A stretch of DNA of 61,379 nucleotides, filler included, from Globobulimina sp. (lineage: Eukaryota): assembly GCA_003354225.1 (NCBI GenBank). It is 14 parts of 14 records of this genome, joined end to end, with 100 filler letters (N's around TTAATTAATTAA, not from the genome) between each part and the next. Parts side by side here need not be neighbours in the genome. Positions count along the whole stretch, not along the records: positions 43,940 to 48,224 come from PIVH01001382.1; positions 48,325 to 52,609 come from PIVH01001383.1; positions 52,710 to 56,994 come from PIVH01001384.1; positions 57,095 to 61,379 come from PIVH01001385.1; 10 more parts are not named here. One strand, given 5' to 3'. Below the pieces are notes generated by a model that was not told where the DNA came from, ran no database searches, and saw only the letters and a list, made by a program, of their open reading frames with translations. The position numbers were made by a program, and so were the translations under genes. Within the stretch, counting starts at the first letter, position 1; each line of letters begins with the position of its first letter. This document shows, one piece after another, positions 47,227 to 57,747 of the stretch.

Positions 47227-48224
47227 TTATCGATATGTCCCTTTAATATTTTCCCACATTTCGGGCATTTCATCCATGTACGTCTGTCCCCAAAGCTTAT
47301 GATGTTTTTGACTGTCCCTTTTCAAATCGCCAGTCCATTGTTCATCTGAATGTTGAAAAATAAGGAGACAGATAATTAATTTTATGCAATTTTAACTGTG
47401 ATGATATGTACTCTTATCCGGCGCATCAAAATATCCTCTTAGCCGCGTAATATACGCAGTAAAAGTCGACGTATCCGTTCCAAAAAATATCCTCCCCATG
47501 GCACAGATCGCCATTTCAATCACACCCTCAAACTTCCTCGGTATGTCCACCAAATCCTCACCGAGATACATCGCAGACTTTGCATCAAAGAAATCCTTCC
47601 ATCTATACACTGTATATTCCTTTTCCATCTCCTCAAAAAAGCGCCCCTCCTTCTCATCCGTCGCAATGTATAACACCTCGTTCTCTTTCAACAAAGGCTT
47701 GATATGTTTCAACGACTCCGCTGCAGCAATGAACGACTCTTTATATTGCAACTCGTTTCTACGAATATGCAGCGCCGCATACTGAAAAGCACCCAATTTC
47801 TGCACACAAACTGACGCATAGCCAAACACCTTTTGTTTTCACACAAAACTGCTGTCAAAGTCAAAGCCCCTCCAACAAAGCAGAGAAATGAATGTATATA
47901 AAAACCTCCTCCAACAAATGAACATGATCTCGCAGCATTCGCTTCAAATCATTATCTTTCTCAGCTTCGTCAAACCAGACAAAAGAAGCAATCTGTCCCA
48001 AATATCTGAAGTCTCTCGAGGTGCCTGGGTCTCCTTTGTCGCAGGCCGGGAAATGCAGCCATGGCAAACTGAATTTGGTGTGTTGGGTGTGCTCTGTCTG
48101 CTCTTGTTTGTGGCGTGAGCTCTGTCTGCTCTTTTGTGTGTGTTCTGTCTGCTCTTTTGTGTGGGATGGGTTCTGTCCGTTCTGTGTGTGTGTGTCGTCT
48201 AACCTAAACTCTAAAAATAATGTT
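47227..48224 (-). CDS. GDP-fucose O-fucosyltransferase family protein (5'-partial)
   Basis: ALHIRR.E, LYIATDE and IE..IC.....F.GT..STFT.YI..LRG motifs. Introns near 47830-47906 and 47346-47396; last exon ends YR* at 47227. Confidence 0.85.
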
Positions 48225-48324
48225 NNNNNNNNNNNNNNNNNNNNNNNNNNNNNNNNNNNNNNNNNNNNTTAATTAATTAANNNNNNNNNNNNNNNNNNNN
48301 NNNNNNNNNNNNNNNNNNNNNNNN

Positions 48325-49212
48325 AGCATCATTGAACTCAATATCAAGACCGTTATTGTCAAGATTAATTTCATACTTTTTGCCACCTTTTACGCCACGA
48401 TCCATGTCAGCTATAATTTCGCTTAAAATCACTTCCCATTTATAGACCTGGGAAGCCACAACGATTTCAGGTGCAAGTTCAGTCTGATTTGCCTGCGTTC
48501 CAAACCAGGCAACTCTTTTGGCTCTGGCAGCACCTATAGCCCCTACAACCATCTGAGCAGTTCCTGTGAGCACGTCTGCACCGGCAGCCATATGAGCGCG
48601 TGCGGCTTCTGCGGCAAGTGCCACATCACTGAATGATCCAATATAATTCACTTTTGCTCTGATATTTGCTTTTTGAGCCTTGGCACCTTTTACAAACCCA
48701 TCAACATACAATTTTGCATCGCCCACCTCGATGGGTCCGACAACACCAACACCGCCCTTTTTACTCATCGCTGCAGCCATAACGCCCATGACATAGCCAC
48801 CTTCATCAGATGCTGCTTCATAGGAAGAAACATTGGGAAGGCCAAAGGTATCCGCAGAAGTACCCCAGGCAAAGGCAGTGTCTGGAAAATCCGGAGCAAT
48901 TTCTTTTAAGGATCCACCGTATTGCGACCCGTGAGCCAGGACAAGATCAAAGCCTTTTTTGGCATAATCGCGGATGGCTGCTGCTGCATCTTCAACAACA
49001 AAGGTCCCGTCTGTTATGGCCAATTCTATTTCACGACCCTTTTGAATCGCTTTTATTCCGTCAACAATACTTTGGGTAAACGCCAGATCATTTTGAGCAC
49101 TGGGAGCAATGATTGCTACCCGTAACATCTTTTCGGATGCTAGAAGTGATGATGGAATAAGTATAACAAGAGCTAAAAAAGCAGCGGTTAAACAGCGGTT
49201 AAACTTTTTCAT
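48325..49212 (-). CDS. BMP-family ABC transporter substrate-binding protein (purine/nucleoside type; 3'-partial)
   Basis: D..F.QS, AIRDYA..GFDLV.AHG, IAPDFPD..F, EGGY.MG, YIGSF.D and GADV motifs; AGGAG RBS. Confidence 0.93.
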
Positions 49213-49266
49213 TGTAAAAATCTCCTTTAAAAATTATTAATGGCGGTAAATAAAATATTGCTAAAT

Positions 49267-50199
49267 TTACCCCCCTCGAATATATGGTTTTGTTAATGCC
49301 GATGGTTGTTTGAAGCGTTTTGCTACCACAACAAGGGCTAATACGGTAATAATGGCCGGTGCCATCGCAGCAAGATCAGACGCACTGCGTGGGATAACCC
49401 CAAACGTCTTGCACTGCAGGACAATTGCCTGAACCAGACCGAAAACAAGAGAACCTATCATTACACCTTTAGGGCTCCATGCACCAAAATACACAAGCGC
49501 AATTGCGATAAACCCCATAGCATTCGTCAAATTTTGTTGAAAAATTCCCAGCTCAATTGCAAGTGCAGCACCCGCAAAACCCGCTAGTCCATTACCGATT
49601 ATTATGGCTGAATACCTGGTGGCCATCACGCTGACGCCGAGGCTGTCTGCTGCTTCAGGATTTTCTCCAATGGCACGAATATTCAAACCATAGGTTGTAT
49701 GATAAAGTATAAAACTCATAATTGGAACCAGAGCAAAGGCAATATAGACAACGATGGAGTGCTGGAATAGCATTTCACCGACAATCGGTAAATTTGACAA
49801 AACTGGAATGTCGATTGGCATAAAGGGAAAAATAGGCTTGGGAGTTCCAACAAATTTTTGAAAGAGCAGATCACTCATACCCAGACCAAACAGGTAAATA
49901 CCAATACCACTGACGCCTTGCTGTGCATGTAAGTTGAGTGTAATAAAAGCGTAGAGCAATCCAACAATCAACCCTATACCAATACCCATCAGCAAACCAA
50001 AGAAAAGGCTATTTGTTTGTAATACAGTGTAGTAGGCACTAAAGGCACCCAATAGCATAACGCCATCAACACCAAGATTAAGGACACCACTTCTTTGTCC
50101 CAGTGCTTCTCCCAGTGAGGCGAGTAGAAAGGGTGTTGCCAGCCGAATACCTGAAGCAATCGTTGCAACAATGATCATCAGTGCAAATGAATCAAGCAT
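49267..50199 (-). CDS. ABC transporter permease (nucleoside/sugar family, subunit 2)
   Basis: LATP.LLASLGE...RSGVLNLG.DG.ML and IRAIGENPEAADSLGVSV motifs. GGAGGAG RBS; ATG overlaps the end of the upstream gene. Confidence 0.95.
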   Translation of the reverse strand: MLDSFALMIIVATIASGIRLATPFLLASLGEALGQRSGVLNLGVDGVMLLGAFSAYYTVLQTNSLFFGLLMGIGIGLIVGLLYAFITLNLHAQQGVSGIGIYLFGLGMSDLLFQKFVGTPKPIFPFMPIDIPVLSNLPIVGEMLFQHSIVVYIAFALVPIMSFILYHTTYGLNIRAIGENPEAADSLGVSVMATRYSAIIIGNGLAGFAGAALAIELGIFQQNLTNAMGFIAIALVYFGAWSPKGVMIGSLVFGLVQAIVLQCKTFGVIPRSASDLAAMAPAIITVLALVVVAKRFKQPSALTKPYIRGG

Positions 50200-51319
50200 T
50201 GTCTCCTCCTTCATGCTCACTTTTTTCTATTACCTCTGGTAGGTCAACCCTACCGGTTTGCAGTGAACGCTGTTTAAAATATTCCGAGCTGACAACAAAG
50301 ATTACAATCAAACCGTTCAAAGCGATAATCAAGGCGGATGGAACCTGAGCGGCTCTCTGCAGGGCATTGGCACCCACCAACATCCCACCAAAAAGAAGTG
50401 CCGAGGGAATTGACCAGAGGGGATGCAGGCCTGCAAGTAAGGCAACAACAATACCATTGAATCCGGCACTGCCGGTAAAACCAGTGCTGCTACCGTCCGT
50501 CACCATCCGATGAGATTCGCTTCCGAAAACCAGTATGGCTCCAGCAATACCAGCCATAGCGCCGCTAAAGGCAAGGGCTGATGTAACATTTTTCGGTACG
50601 GATATACCCGCATAACGGGATGCATCAGGATTATGGCCTACAGATCTCAGACGAAAGCCCATTGAGGTTCTCCATAAAAGAAAATACGCGCCAACGGCCA
50701 CAAACAAGGCAATAACAACACCCAGGTGCATTCGCATTCCTTCCAACAGAATCGGCATATCCGCATTTTCAGAAAGGCGCATTGTTTGGGGAATACCTGT
50801 TCCTCTTTCTATTTCACCTGGATCAATCATAGGGCCACGCAGCAAAAAATTCATAAACTGCACAGCGACTATATTGAGCATAATTGTGCTTAATATCTCA
50901 CTGACATTAAAGTAAGCTTTCAATGACCCGGCAATTGCCCCCCAAAATGCGCCACCAACGGCTCCTGCCATTAATACCATGGGGATCAGCATTAAGGATG
51001 GTAAACCAGGAAAGGTAAGGGCGACTGCTGTTGCCAATAAAGCACCTACCACCATCTGGCCCTCTCCCCCGATATTGATAACATTTGCCCTAAAAGCAAT
51101 ACAGATCCCAACCCCAACCATAAGCAAAGGGATGGATTTGACTGTGGTTTCAGAAAATCCTTCAAGACTTCCAAAAGCTGCACCAAACATAGTTGCATAG
51201 CCGCTCAATGGATTTGCACCCAAAGAGAGCAACATGACTGCACCGATTATCAATGCTAGAAAAATGGCGCATAAAGGAATGATTATGCTGACAAATGATT
51301 TTGCTTGTATTTTTTTCAC
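50192..51319 (-). CDS. ABC transporter permease (nucleoside/sugar family, subunit 1)
   Basis: AFRA...NIGGEGQ, VSEILSTIMLN, GF.LR.VG.NPDASRYAGI and GFNGIVVALL motifs; GTG start. Confidence 0.95.
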   Translation of the reverse strand: MKKIQAKSFVSIIIPLCAIFLALIIGAVMLLSLGANPLSGYATMFGAAFGSLEGFSETTVKSIPLLMVGVGICIAFRANVINIGGEGQMVVGALLATAVALTFPGLPSLMLIPMVLMAGAVGGAFWGAIAGSLKAYFNVSEILSTIMLNIVAVQFMNFLLRGPMIDPGEIERGTGIPQTMRLSENADMPILLEGMRMHLGVVIALFVAVGAYFLLWRTSMGFRLRSVGHNPDASRYAGISVPKNVTSALAFSGAMAGIAGAILVFGSESHRMVTDGSSTGFTGSAGFNGIVVALLAGLHPLWSIPSALLFGGMLVGANALQRAAQVPSALIIALNGLIVIFVVSSEYFKQRSLQTGRVDLPEVIEKSEHEGGDNA

Positions 51320-51578
51320 TTAATACCTGAACAAATAATGGAGAGAATTATGGTAACGATCTTTCTCTCGCTGGTTTATTTTATGAACCGAGAATATTCC
51401 CAAAACACCTTTACCAGTAAAATAGTTAAATAGAACTTGATCTTTGTCAAGGAAAAAAAAATAATTTAAAACACTATTCAAATTATTTAGCACTACTTTA
51501 AATTTATTTGAAATCTTTAACATATCTCTCCATAAATGACATATCAATTATGATCATATTTAGGGATCGTTAAAAAAT

Positions 51579-51670
51579 AACTTCACATAATTTGTCTGCA
51601 AAAGTCCCAAAGGGACTGGACATTTTCCATACAAAATGTGAACTAAGGCAATGCGCAGCTTTGCCCCTAA
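51579..51670. repeat. Intergenic cluster of short palindromes (REP-like or terminator)
   Basis: AGTCCC-AAA-GGGACT (51603-51617), ACATTTT..AAAATGT and GGCAA..TTGCC, with an outer TTCACA..TGTGAA pair; lies just downstream of the regulator. Confidence 0.45.
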
Positions 51671-51713
51671 CTAATTTTAGAGCCGACCCTTAGATGGTCA
51701 ATACGTCTATTTA

Positions 51714-52403
51714 TTAAATGACATCTCGTATACTTGTCCCATTTGCGGCTCTGATCTTTTTCAAATAATTATAAATCGTAAAATTGGAAACCCCAAGTCG
51801 AAGGGCCACCTGGTTGACAACCCCTCTAATTTGAAATGCACCTTTCTGTTCTAAAATCCTGACTAATCTTACTTTTTCATCCGTATTCATTGAAGCCGGC
51901 CGCTTACCGATTTGGTCGACTGATTGTTCAAAAATTGAATCAACTGTATGATCAATAGAAAAAGACATCTTTTCAGGGCGTTCTTCAGTGCTGCCTCCTG
52001 TGGCGTGACCATTCACCCCTTTATTTATAAACGCTTGAAGAAACTGGATGGCATTATGATGATCCGTTGTATTAAAATTGATACAAAAGGCGGCAACAAC
52101 ATCCCCGTTGCTATCCCGGATATAGCTTGTGGAAGATTTCAATTCACGACCATCATCGGTCAATGTTTTAAAACAATGCCTGTCTTTGGCCAAATTTCCA
52201 TCCTGGATCAGATACTTAGCAACGACATCGGTCACGGGTGCACCTGGTTTTCGCCTAGTGACATTCCCGGTTATATGTAACAGCTGCATATGCTCTGTGG
52301 TTAAATCATGAATCGCGACCTCACAATTATCTCCGAACATCTGTGTCATCAACCCGGCCAGTTGTTTCAGCGTTTCAAATATCTGCTCTTGTTCAGTTGG
52401 CAT
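51714..52403 (-). CDS. YheO-like PAS + HTH transcriptional regulator (DauR/YheO family)
   Basis: FG.NCEVAIHDL, VTRRKPGAP.TD, GRELKSST, FCINF and EK...V..LE.KGAF..RG.V..VA..LGVS.FTIYNYL motifs. Confidence 0.94.
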   Translation of the reverse strand: MPTEQEQIFETLKQLAGLMTQMFGDNCEVAIHDLTTEHMQLLHITGNVTRRKPGAPVTDVVAKYLIQDGNLAKDRHCFKTLTDDGRELKSSTSYIRDSNGDVVAAFCINFNTTDHHNAIQFLQAFINKGVNGHATGGSTEERPEKMSFSIDHTVDSIFEQSVDQIGKRPASMNTDEKVRLVRILEQKGAFQIRGVVNQVALRLGVSNFTIYNYLKKIRAANGTSIRDVI

Positions 52404-52709
52404 ACTTGCTTTTCCTTTTTGAGTCTAAATTCACCCTAAAATTTCATTAAACTATTTAAACCAATTCGGATTTAGTTATTCAATTTTTAATCTGTTTCTA
52501 CACTTTTTTCAACTGCCTTTAAAATATGCTGATATCCAGTGCACCTGCACAAATTCCCTGCATGGGCTTTTCTAATATCTCCTTCACTCACTTTTTCACC
52601 CTTGCATTTNNNNNNNNNNNNNNNNNNNNNNNNNNNNNNNNNNNNNNNNNNNNTTAATTAATTAANNNNNNNNNNNNNNNNNNNNNNNNNNNNNNNNNNN
52701 NNNNNNNNN

Positions 52710-53791
52710 AGACGAGGTGTATGTACTCTGTGAAATGTGAGCAGGGCGTTAATATCATCAAGATAACGCCGACGTTTCTCGTCTGGCAAAAATACTCGTT
52801 GTTTAACAGTGTCAATTAAGGCTCCTAACACAATAGCAGATTGTGATGGGATTTGATCTTTTTTAATTTTTGGTCGTAAGTTGAGTTCTTCTAACTTGGC
52901 TCCAGCGTTGTTGAATTGTTGCCAAGCGGAGTTTTTATTTCGATGTACTCCGATAATATCATCGACATAGCTCTTAATTAGAGGATAAATGTTATGGCCA
53001 GGTAGGTTGACTTGGTCTGGCTCATTTTTCATCAAGGTCTGAAAAACTGCCTCATCTTCACAATTTTGGTATGAAATCTCAGGGTCTAATTGTCGTATGG
53101 CTTTCAACGGCACTGTCATAACGTCTGTGAAAATTTTTGGTGCAGAACTTAAACCAAAGGTCATGACCGTTGGTATCCATACTTTGCCGGCCCAAGAGAA
53201 AGCTAAAAATTTCATCTGTTCTGGTTTTGGTATGCAGTTAAAGTAACCATCTTCTAAGTCACGTGTCCATATCCAGGCCCCTGGGCCCTCTCTTTGTACG
53301 GTCGCGACTATGGCCTGTAAATTAATGTATTGGACTGTGCATAGATCCTCATCTAAATGCCCATTGACTGATTCGCTAAATCGCTTCTTTGGGTAAGAAT
53401 GATTAATTACTGGTCTGATAGAGCCATCAGGCTTTGGAACTCCGTGAATGGGGCTTACTGTGACGCCAATTCTCTGAGCTTCCTCTGAAGTGAAAGGACC
53501 AAGTAACTGGTTTTTTGTATACCATTTAAACACGGTTTTGGATAGACCAATACTGGTGTTACAGTCTGCAGGCGGATTACGGATTTTATGTCGGGGCTCA
53601 GGCCTATTTTTCATATCAAAACCTAAATCAAAACCAAGCTCTAATTCTATCAAAAGTTTTTCTATGGCTAACTTGGAACGATGTGTTTTGGCCTCTTTCT
53701 TCCAATTGGCTAAATTATAGATCTTCCTTTTTAGGACTGTTTTGGACGGCAGCCGTTGTAATTTCTGTAACCATTCGTTTTTTAACTGTAT
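52710..53791 (-). CDS. DIRS/Ngaro-type reverse transcriptase (3'-partial)
   Basis: W......GF..GF, GPF, SPIHGVPKPDGSIRPVINHS, DLEDGY, FGLSSAPKIF, YVDD and VLG..IDT....V.LP.EK motifs. Frame is open from 53791. Confidence 0.92.
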
Positions 53792-53996
53792 CTAGACGTT
53801 GTGTTGTATATAGGTTAAGTGTGAGTAGTGTGTGAGGTGAGAAAAAATGTTTTCATTTTTGACTAAGAAAGGAACAAAATATTTTTGAATATTAAATATT
53901 TGACAACACAAAAAAAGAACAAAAGTAATACAAATAATATAGAAATATTGTTATTTGTCACACGCAGCCTTTTTGTGCGCTGGTGCGATAGACTTA

Positions 53997-56721
53997 TCAA
54001 CCTCTTCCAAAACCTCTACCTCTGCCAAAACCTCTGCCTCTGCCGGAACCTCGACCTCTGCCGTAACCTCGACCTCTGCCGTAACCTCGACCTCTGCCAA
54101 AACCACCCCCGCCTCTACCAAATCCTCCACGGATGATAGTCCCGTTATGTCCTCCGTTGCGGGTACGATGAGTATAAGTTGGCGGCGGCATAAAATTCAC
54201 TAACTGAGCATGCAATATCTGCTTATTATCCATGCACGCCTTGCTTGTACATCCTTCTCTTTTCAATGTCGTATACGGACATATAATTTTTCCAAATGCA
54301 TTCAACTGCAATGTATCCGATATCCAATTCGTTGATATCCTCTTTCTGATTTGCAAATTCCTGATCTCTCTGCGTAAATCTCTGAAACATAAAAGTGTGG
54401 AATACTGTGGCGAGTCCATATAAGCTAAGAATGTGGGCGCCAAATTTGCCGAAGTATCATGATACGGTAAATGTGCAAAATCTCCATAAAACGATATCCA
54501 ATTCTTCCACAAAACGCGCTGTGTAAACTCCCACTCCTTCGGTTTTTTGATACTTAACTGCTTGGATTTCATCAAAACTGCTTTGTTCAACATCGACCAC
54601 ATGATAAATGGCGGTAAATTGATGTCTGGCATCGCCAAAATTATCTCAGTAAAGGACTTGTGGTCGTTGGCGCAACTCAATGCGTCCAATTTCATCGCCA
54701 TTTGATACGGCGGCTCCTGAATATAGGAATGTAACACGTACTGCGATACTCTAAATTTTGTGATGCGATTCGCCTGTTTCCTAAGCTTCTTCTCTTCGCG
54801 CTGTAACGCGGCTTTTTGAGTACGTTGCAATGTGTCATCATCGCTGTCGCTGTCACTGTCTTCCTCCGCGTTGTTTTTCTCATCGTTGTCACTGTCACTC
54901 TCGCTGTCGCTGTCTGAGTCGCTGTGGCCGTCCTTGTCACTGTCATTGCTGTTGCTGTTATCGTCGCTGTCTGGCTCTAAGTCCAATATATCATTGTCAT
55001 CATTGTCGCGGTTCGTATTGGCCCGCCTTTGTTTCCTCCGTTGCGCTCTCTTCTTATTGTTATGTATCATTGCGTTCATTTCCTGTGTATTCAGTATGTG
55101 GGGGTTCGGATTACTCCGTGTATGAGGGGTTTGGCAGTATGACAAGTGTAAACAGTGTGGGTTTCCGATCTATGGCAGTATGACAGGTGTAAACAGTGTG
55201 TGTTTCCGATCTATGGCAGTATGACAGGTGTAAACAGTTTGGGTTTCAGATCTATTGTATGTATAAACAGTTTGGATTTCAGAGCTATTTCGGAGTGGGC
55301 AAAACAGTGTGGCATTCAATGTACGAATGGTAGAATGTAAACAGTGTGGTTTTCAAATGTAAAAGGAACAGAAAACCATAAAAACGCCGTCGTTTTTATG
55401 GTTTGCAAGCAAGTTTTTATTGGAAAAATGGAAAAAAAGCAAGTCGTACAACACAAACCGCTGAACATACTTTGTCATGCTCGGAATCGACGGATTTCGC
55501 GTGTTTCGTTTTGTTACTTGCCGCGAACGACACTTTCTTTCCTTTTTTCTTCTTTTCGCGCTTCTTTGCGACTCGTTGCCGCGGACCAACGCTCTTCTTC
55601 TTTTTCTTCGATTTTTTACGTGGTTTCCCGGCCGGTTTGGTGTTGTTGGCGGACTGCTTCGCTTTGGCGGTCCGGATCGCTTCATTGAACATCCTCGTTT
55701 TCGATAATAAGCCACCGGAAGCTTTCTCAAATTCGCCGCGATCGAATGCGATCTTGAAATGGGTGCCATACGCGACCACCGCGGACCGCAGCAATGTTTT
55801 CATTGTGGATAGCTTCGCTTCAATGGGTGCTGTTGTTGTATACTGATCGGCGGCATGAACCGCTCGATTCCAACGCCATAACTCTTCCTTGGCCTGCTTT
55901 GCTTCGTCGGTCTCCTCACTCTCGAACACGTCGCCTAAAATGTTCATAACTGCGTCGATATCTTCTGCAGTCATCTGATTTGTGTTGGTATTGTCACCAA
56001 CGTCCGAACTATCTGCGTGTACTGAGTCGGTTTGCTGTGTGTTGGTATTTGTGTTTGTATCGATATCGATATCGAGATCGTCGTCGGTTTGCGGTGTTGC
56101 TGTGTTTGTGTTCGTGTTTGTATCTTTTGTGTGTGATGTTGATCGGTGTTTGGTGCGTTCGCTGCGGCGCAACCGTGTATTGATGGGAGTGTCTTCATCG
56201 CCATCTGAATCTGTCGCGTTTTCATTGTCATTGTCATGGTCATTGTCATGGTCCTCTTCATCGGTATCCATGGCGTCGACCTGTTTGGGCCGACTAACTG
56301 GTAAATAAACGGGAGGGAATGAGTACGCGTCGTCGTTCCACGGCGACGTAAGAGTATGATTTCGCACACAAGGCGGACAAAACACGTGTTTGGTGTGCCG
56401 CTGTTGCCCATATTTGGGACATGTATAATATGCGGGGATCATGCGAGACCGCCCGGATGTACCTCCTTTTCGTCGATCTGTGGTATTTTTGCTGCAAAAA
56501 CTGCACTTCGCGCCGACCACGAAATCTCTATCGGTGATGAGCTGCAATCTCATATCTCGCTCGACGGTGCACGGACAAACCACATCGAATGTCACTGGCT
56601 TCATGACCACCACGGGATAACCCAAACCGCGCTGTGGCAAATTCCAGTCTTCATACATCGGATCGATCTTCATCTCGCTCACCGACCTACGCATTGCGTC
56701 GGTGGAATTCTTTGTCGCCAT
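53997..56721 (-). CDS. Gag-like ORF1 (~780 aa): N-terminal Cys/His finger, acidic/basic tracts, C-terminal C-C-C-H finger and RG repeats
   Basis: ATG 56721. A phase-0 intron at 55083-55470 (AAA|GTATGT ... ACACAG|GAA) fuses ORFs 55417..56727 and 53997..55145. Tail of (G[YFS]GRGR)n. Confidence 0.62.
55132..55254. repeat. 41-bp tandem repeat x3 plus degenerate copies
   Basis: TGGCAGTATGACARGTGTAAACAGTKTGKGTTTCMGATCTA starting at 55132, 55173 and 55214; AAACAGT fragments continue to ~55350. Confidence 0.95.
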
Positions 56722-57094
56722 CGTCAATACGACGGAGAATATAATAACTAATGAGAATATGGTGCTGGATCTGCTAACGACTAAATTTAAATGAATCTGA
56801 TCTGCTTTGTAATGAATTTGTTTGTGTTTGCTGTTTCCTCTTTGAAGGCTTTATGGTTAAGTAGAGGAAAGGGAAAAGGTTTTCAAAGTCTGATAAAAGC
56901 TACTTATAACTTAGTCAGCTTGCGCAAGATAGAAAACTAGTTATTCGTTCTTGGCCGCAATAACCTTGTAAATCTGCAGGTATTCGATTGACTTNNNNNN
57001 NNNNNNNNNNNNNNNNNNNNNNNNNNNNNNNNNNNNNNTTAATTAATTAANNNNNNNNNNNNNNNNNNNNNNNNNNNNNNNNNNNNNNNNNNNN

Positions 57095-57462
57095 ATTATA
57101 ATTCCGCCTTTAATCTCAATATTTTTATTCTTTTTTACGTAAGAAACCGCATCGTTATATCCATCAATTACAGATTGAAGCACTTCACTTTCATTTAAAC
57201 CATTTAAAATATGTAAAGTTGGACAAAAGCGAATTTCAACAATCCATACATTATAATCTATGGCTAATCCAATAACTAATTGTTTTGTGGCAGTAAATAA
57301 AGCATTTCTTGTTTGTAAAAATTGATTACAAAAATCAAATACTTTCCAATTTGATGAAGACGCATACTTTGATAAAATATATTCATTAATTTCCGAAGTA
57401 TTACTTCTCTTTTCTTTCATTAATAAACCTCTTAATTCTTTTGCATTTTCCATGTATGGCAA
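57095..57462 (-). CDS. Adenosine deaminase-family fragment
   Basis: FDF....LQT..AL......V...A...V..VEIRFCP.LH...GL...EV..SVIDG. The N-terminal HxH motif is not seen; 3' end truncated. Confidence 0.72.
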
Positions 57463-57747
57463 TTTAATTCCAATTTTATTTGAACTTGCTTTTTAATAAC
57501 TATTTACCATATTATACTGACGTCGTTTGCTATTTTTTTTTTAATTTGTATTTTTTGCACAGGGTCAGACCTGTTTTGTTTTGTTGTGTGACTGACTCTA
57601 GTGGAGTTATAATATAATAACGTATTATTTCTTTGTCTTCTGTTCATTTAAAATTAAGTTTATTAAGATATCTTTCAATTAACTGAAAATATCAATTTAT
57701 GTGGAGTGGTATCTTTTGGTATAAACTCAAGTTTTTTTATATTCATC

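Larger units (their letters stand above)
52710..56994 (-). mobile_element. DIRS/Ngaro-type (tyrosine-recombinase class) retrotransposon, 5' part
   Basis: DIRS-type RT preceded by a co-oriented gag-like Zn-finger/RGG ORF. RNase H and tyrosine recombinase would lie beyond the contig end; termini not seen. Confidence 0.75.

Noticed and set aside
48075-48200. CTGTCTGCTC repeats
   Set aside because: Low-complexity coding repeat (EQTE-like) within the O-fucosyltransferase exon.
51320-51547. 75-aa ORF or purine riboswitch upstream of the ABC permeases
   Set aside because: AT-rich promoter region with no RBS or protein motif; no purine riboswitch core recognised.
48325-53791. RT next to a bacterial operon as a retron, DGR or defence system
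   Set aside because: They are on different contigs separated by a spacer, and the RT motifs are DIRS-type.
54001-54125. 18-bp tandem repeat and the antisense ORFs over it (TSTSAV, LCRNLD)
   Set aside because: Explained by the coding GxGRGR tail on the minus strand; the plus-strand ORFs are shadows.
55132-55350. 41-bp repeats as a CRISPR array or DGR template
   Set aside because: The units are contiguous with no unique spacers, no cas genes are present, and the context is a eukaryotic retroelement.
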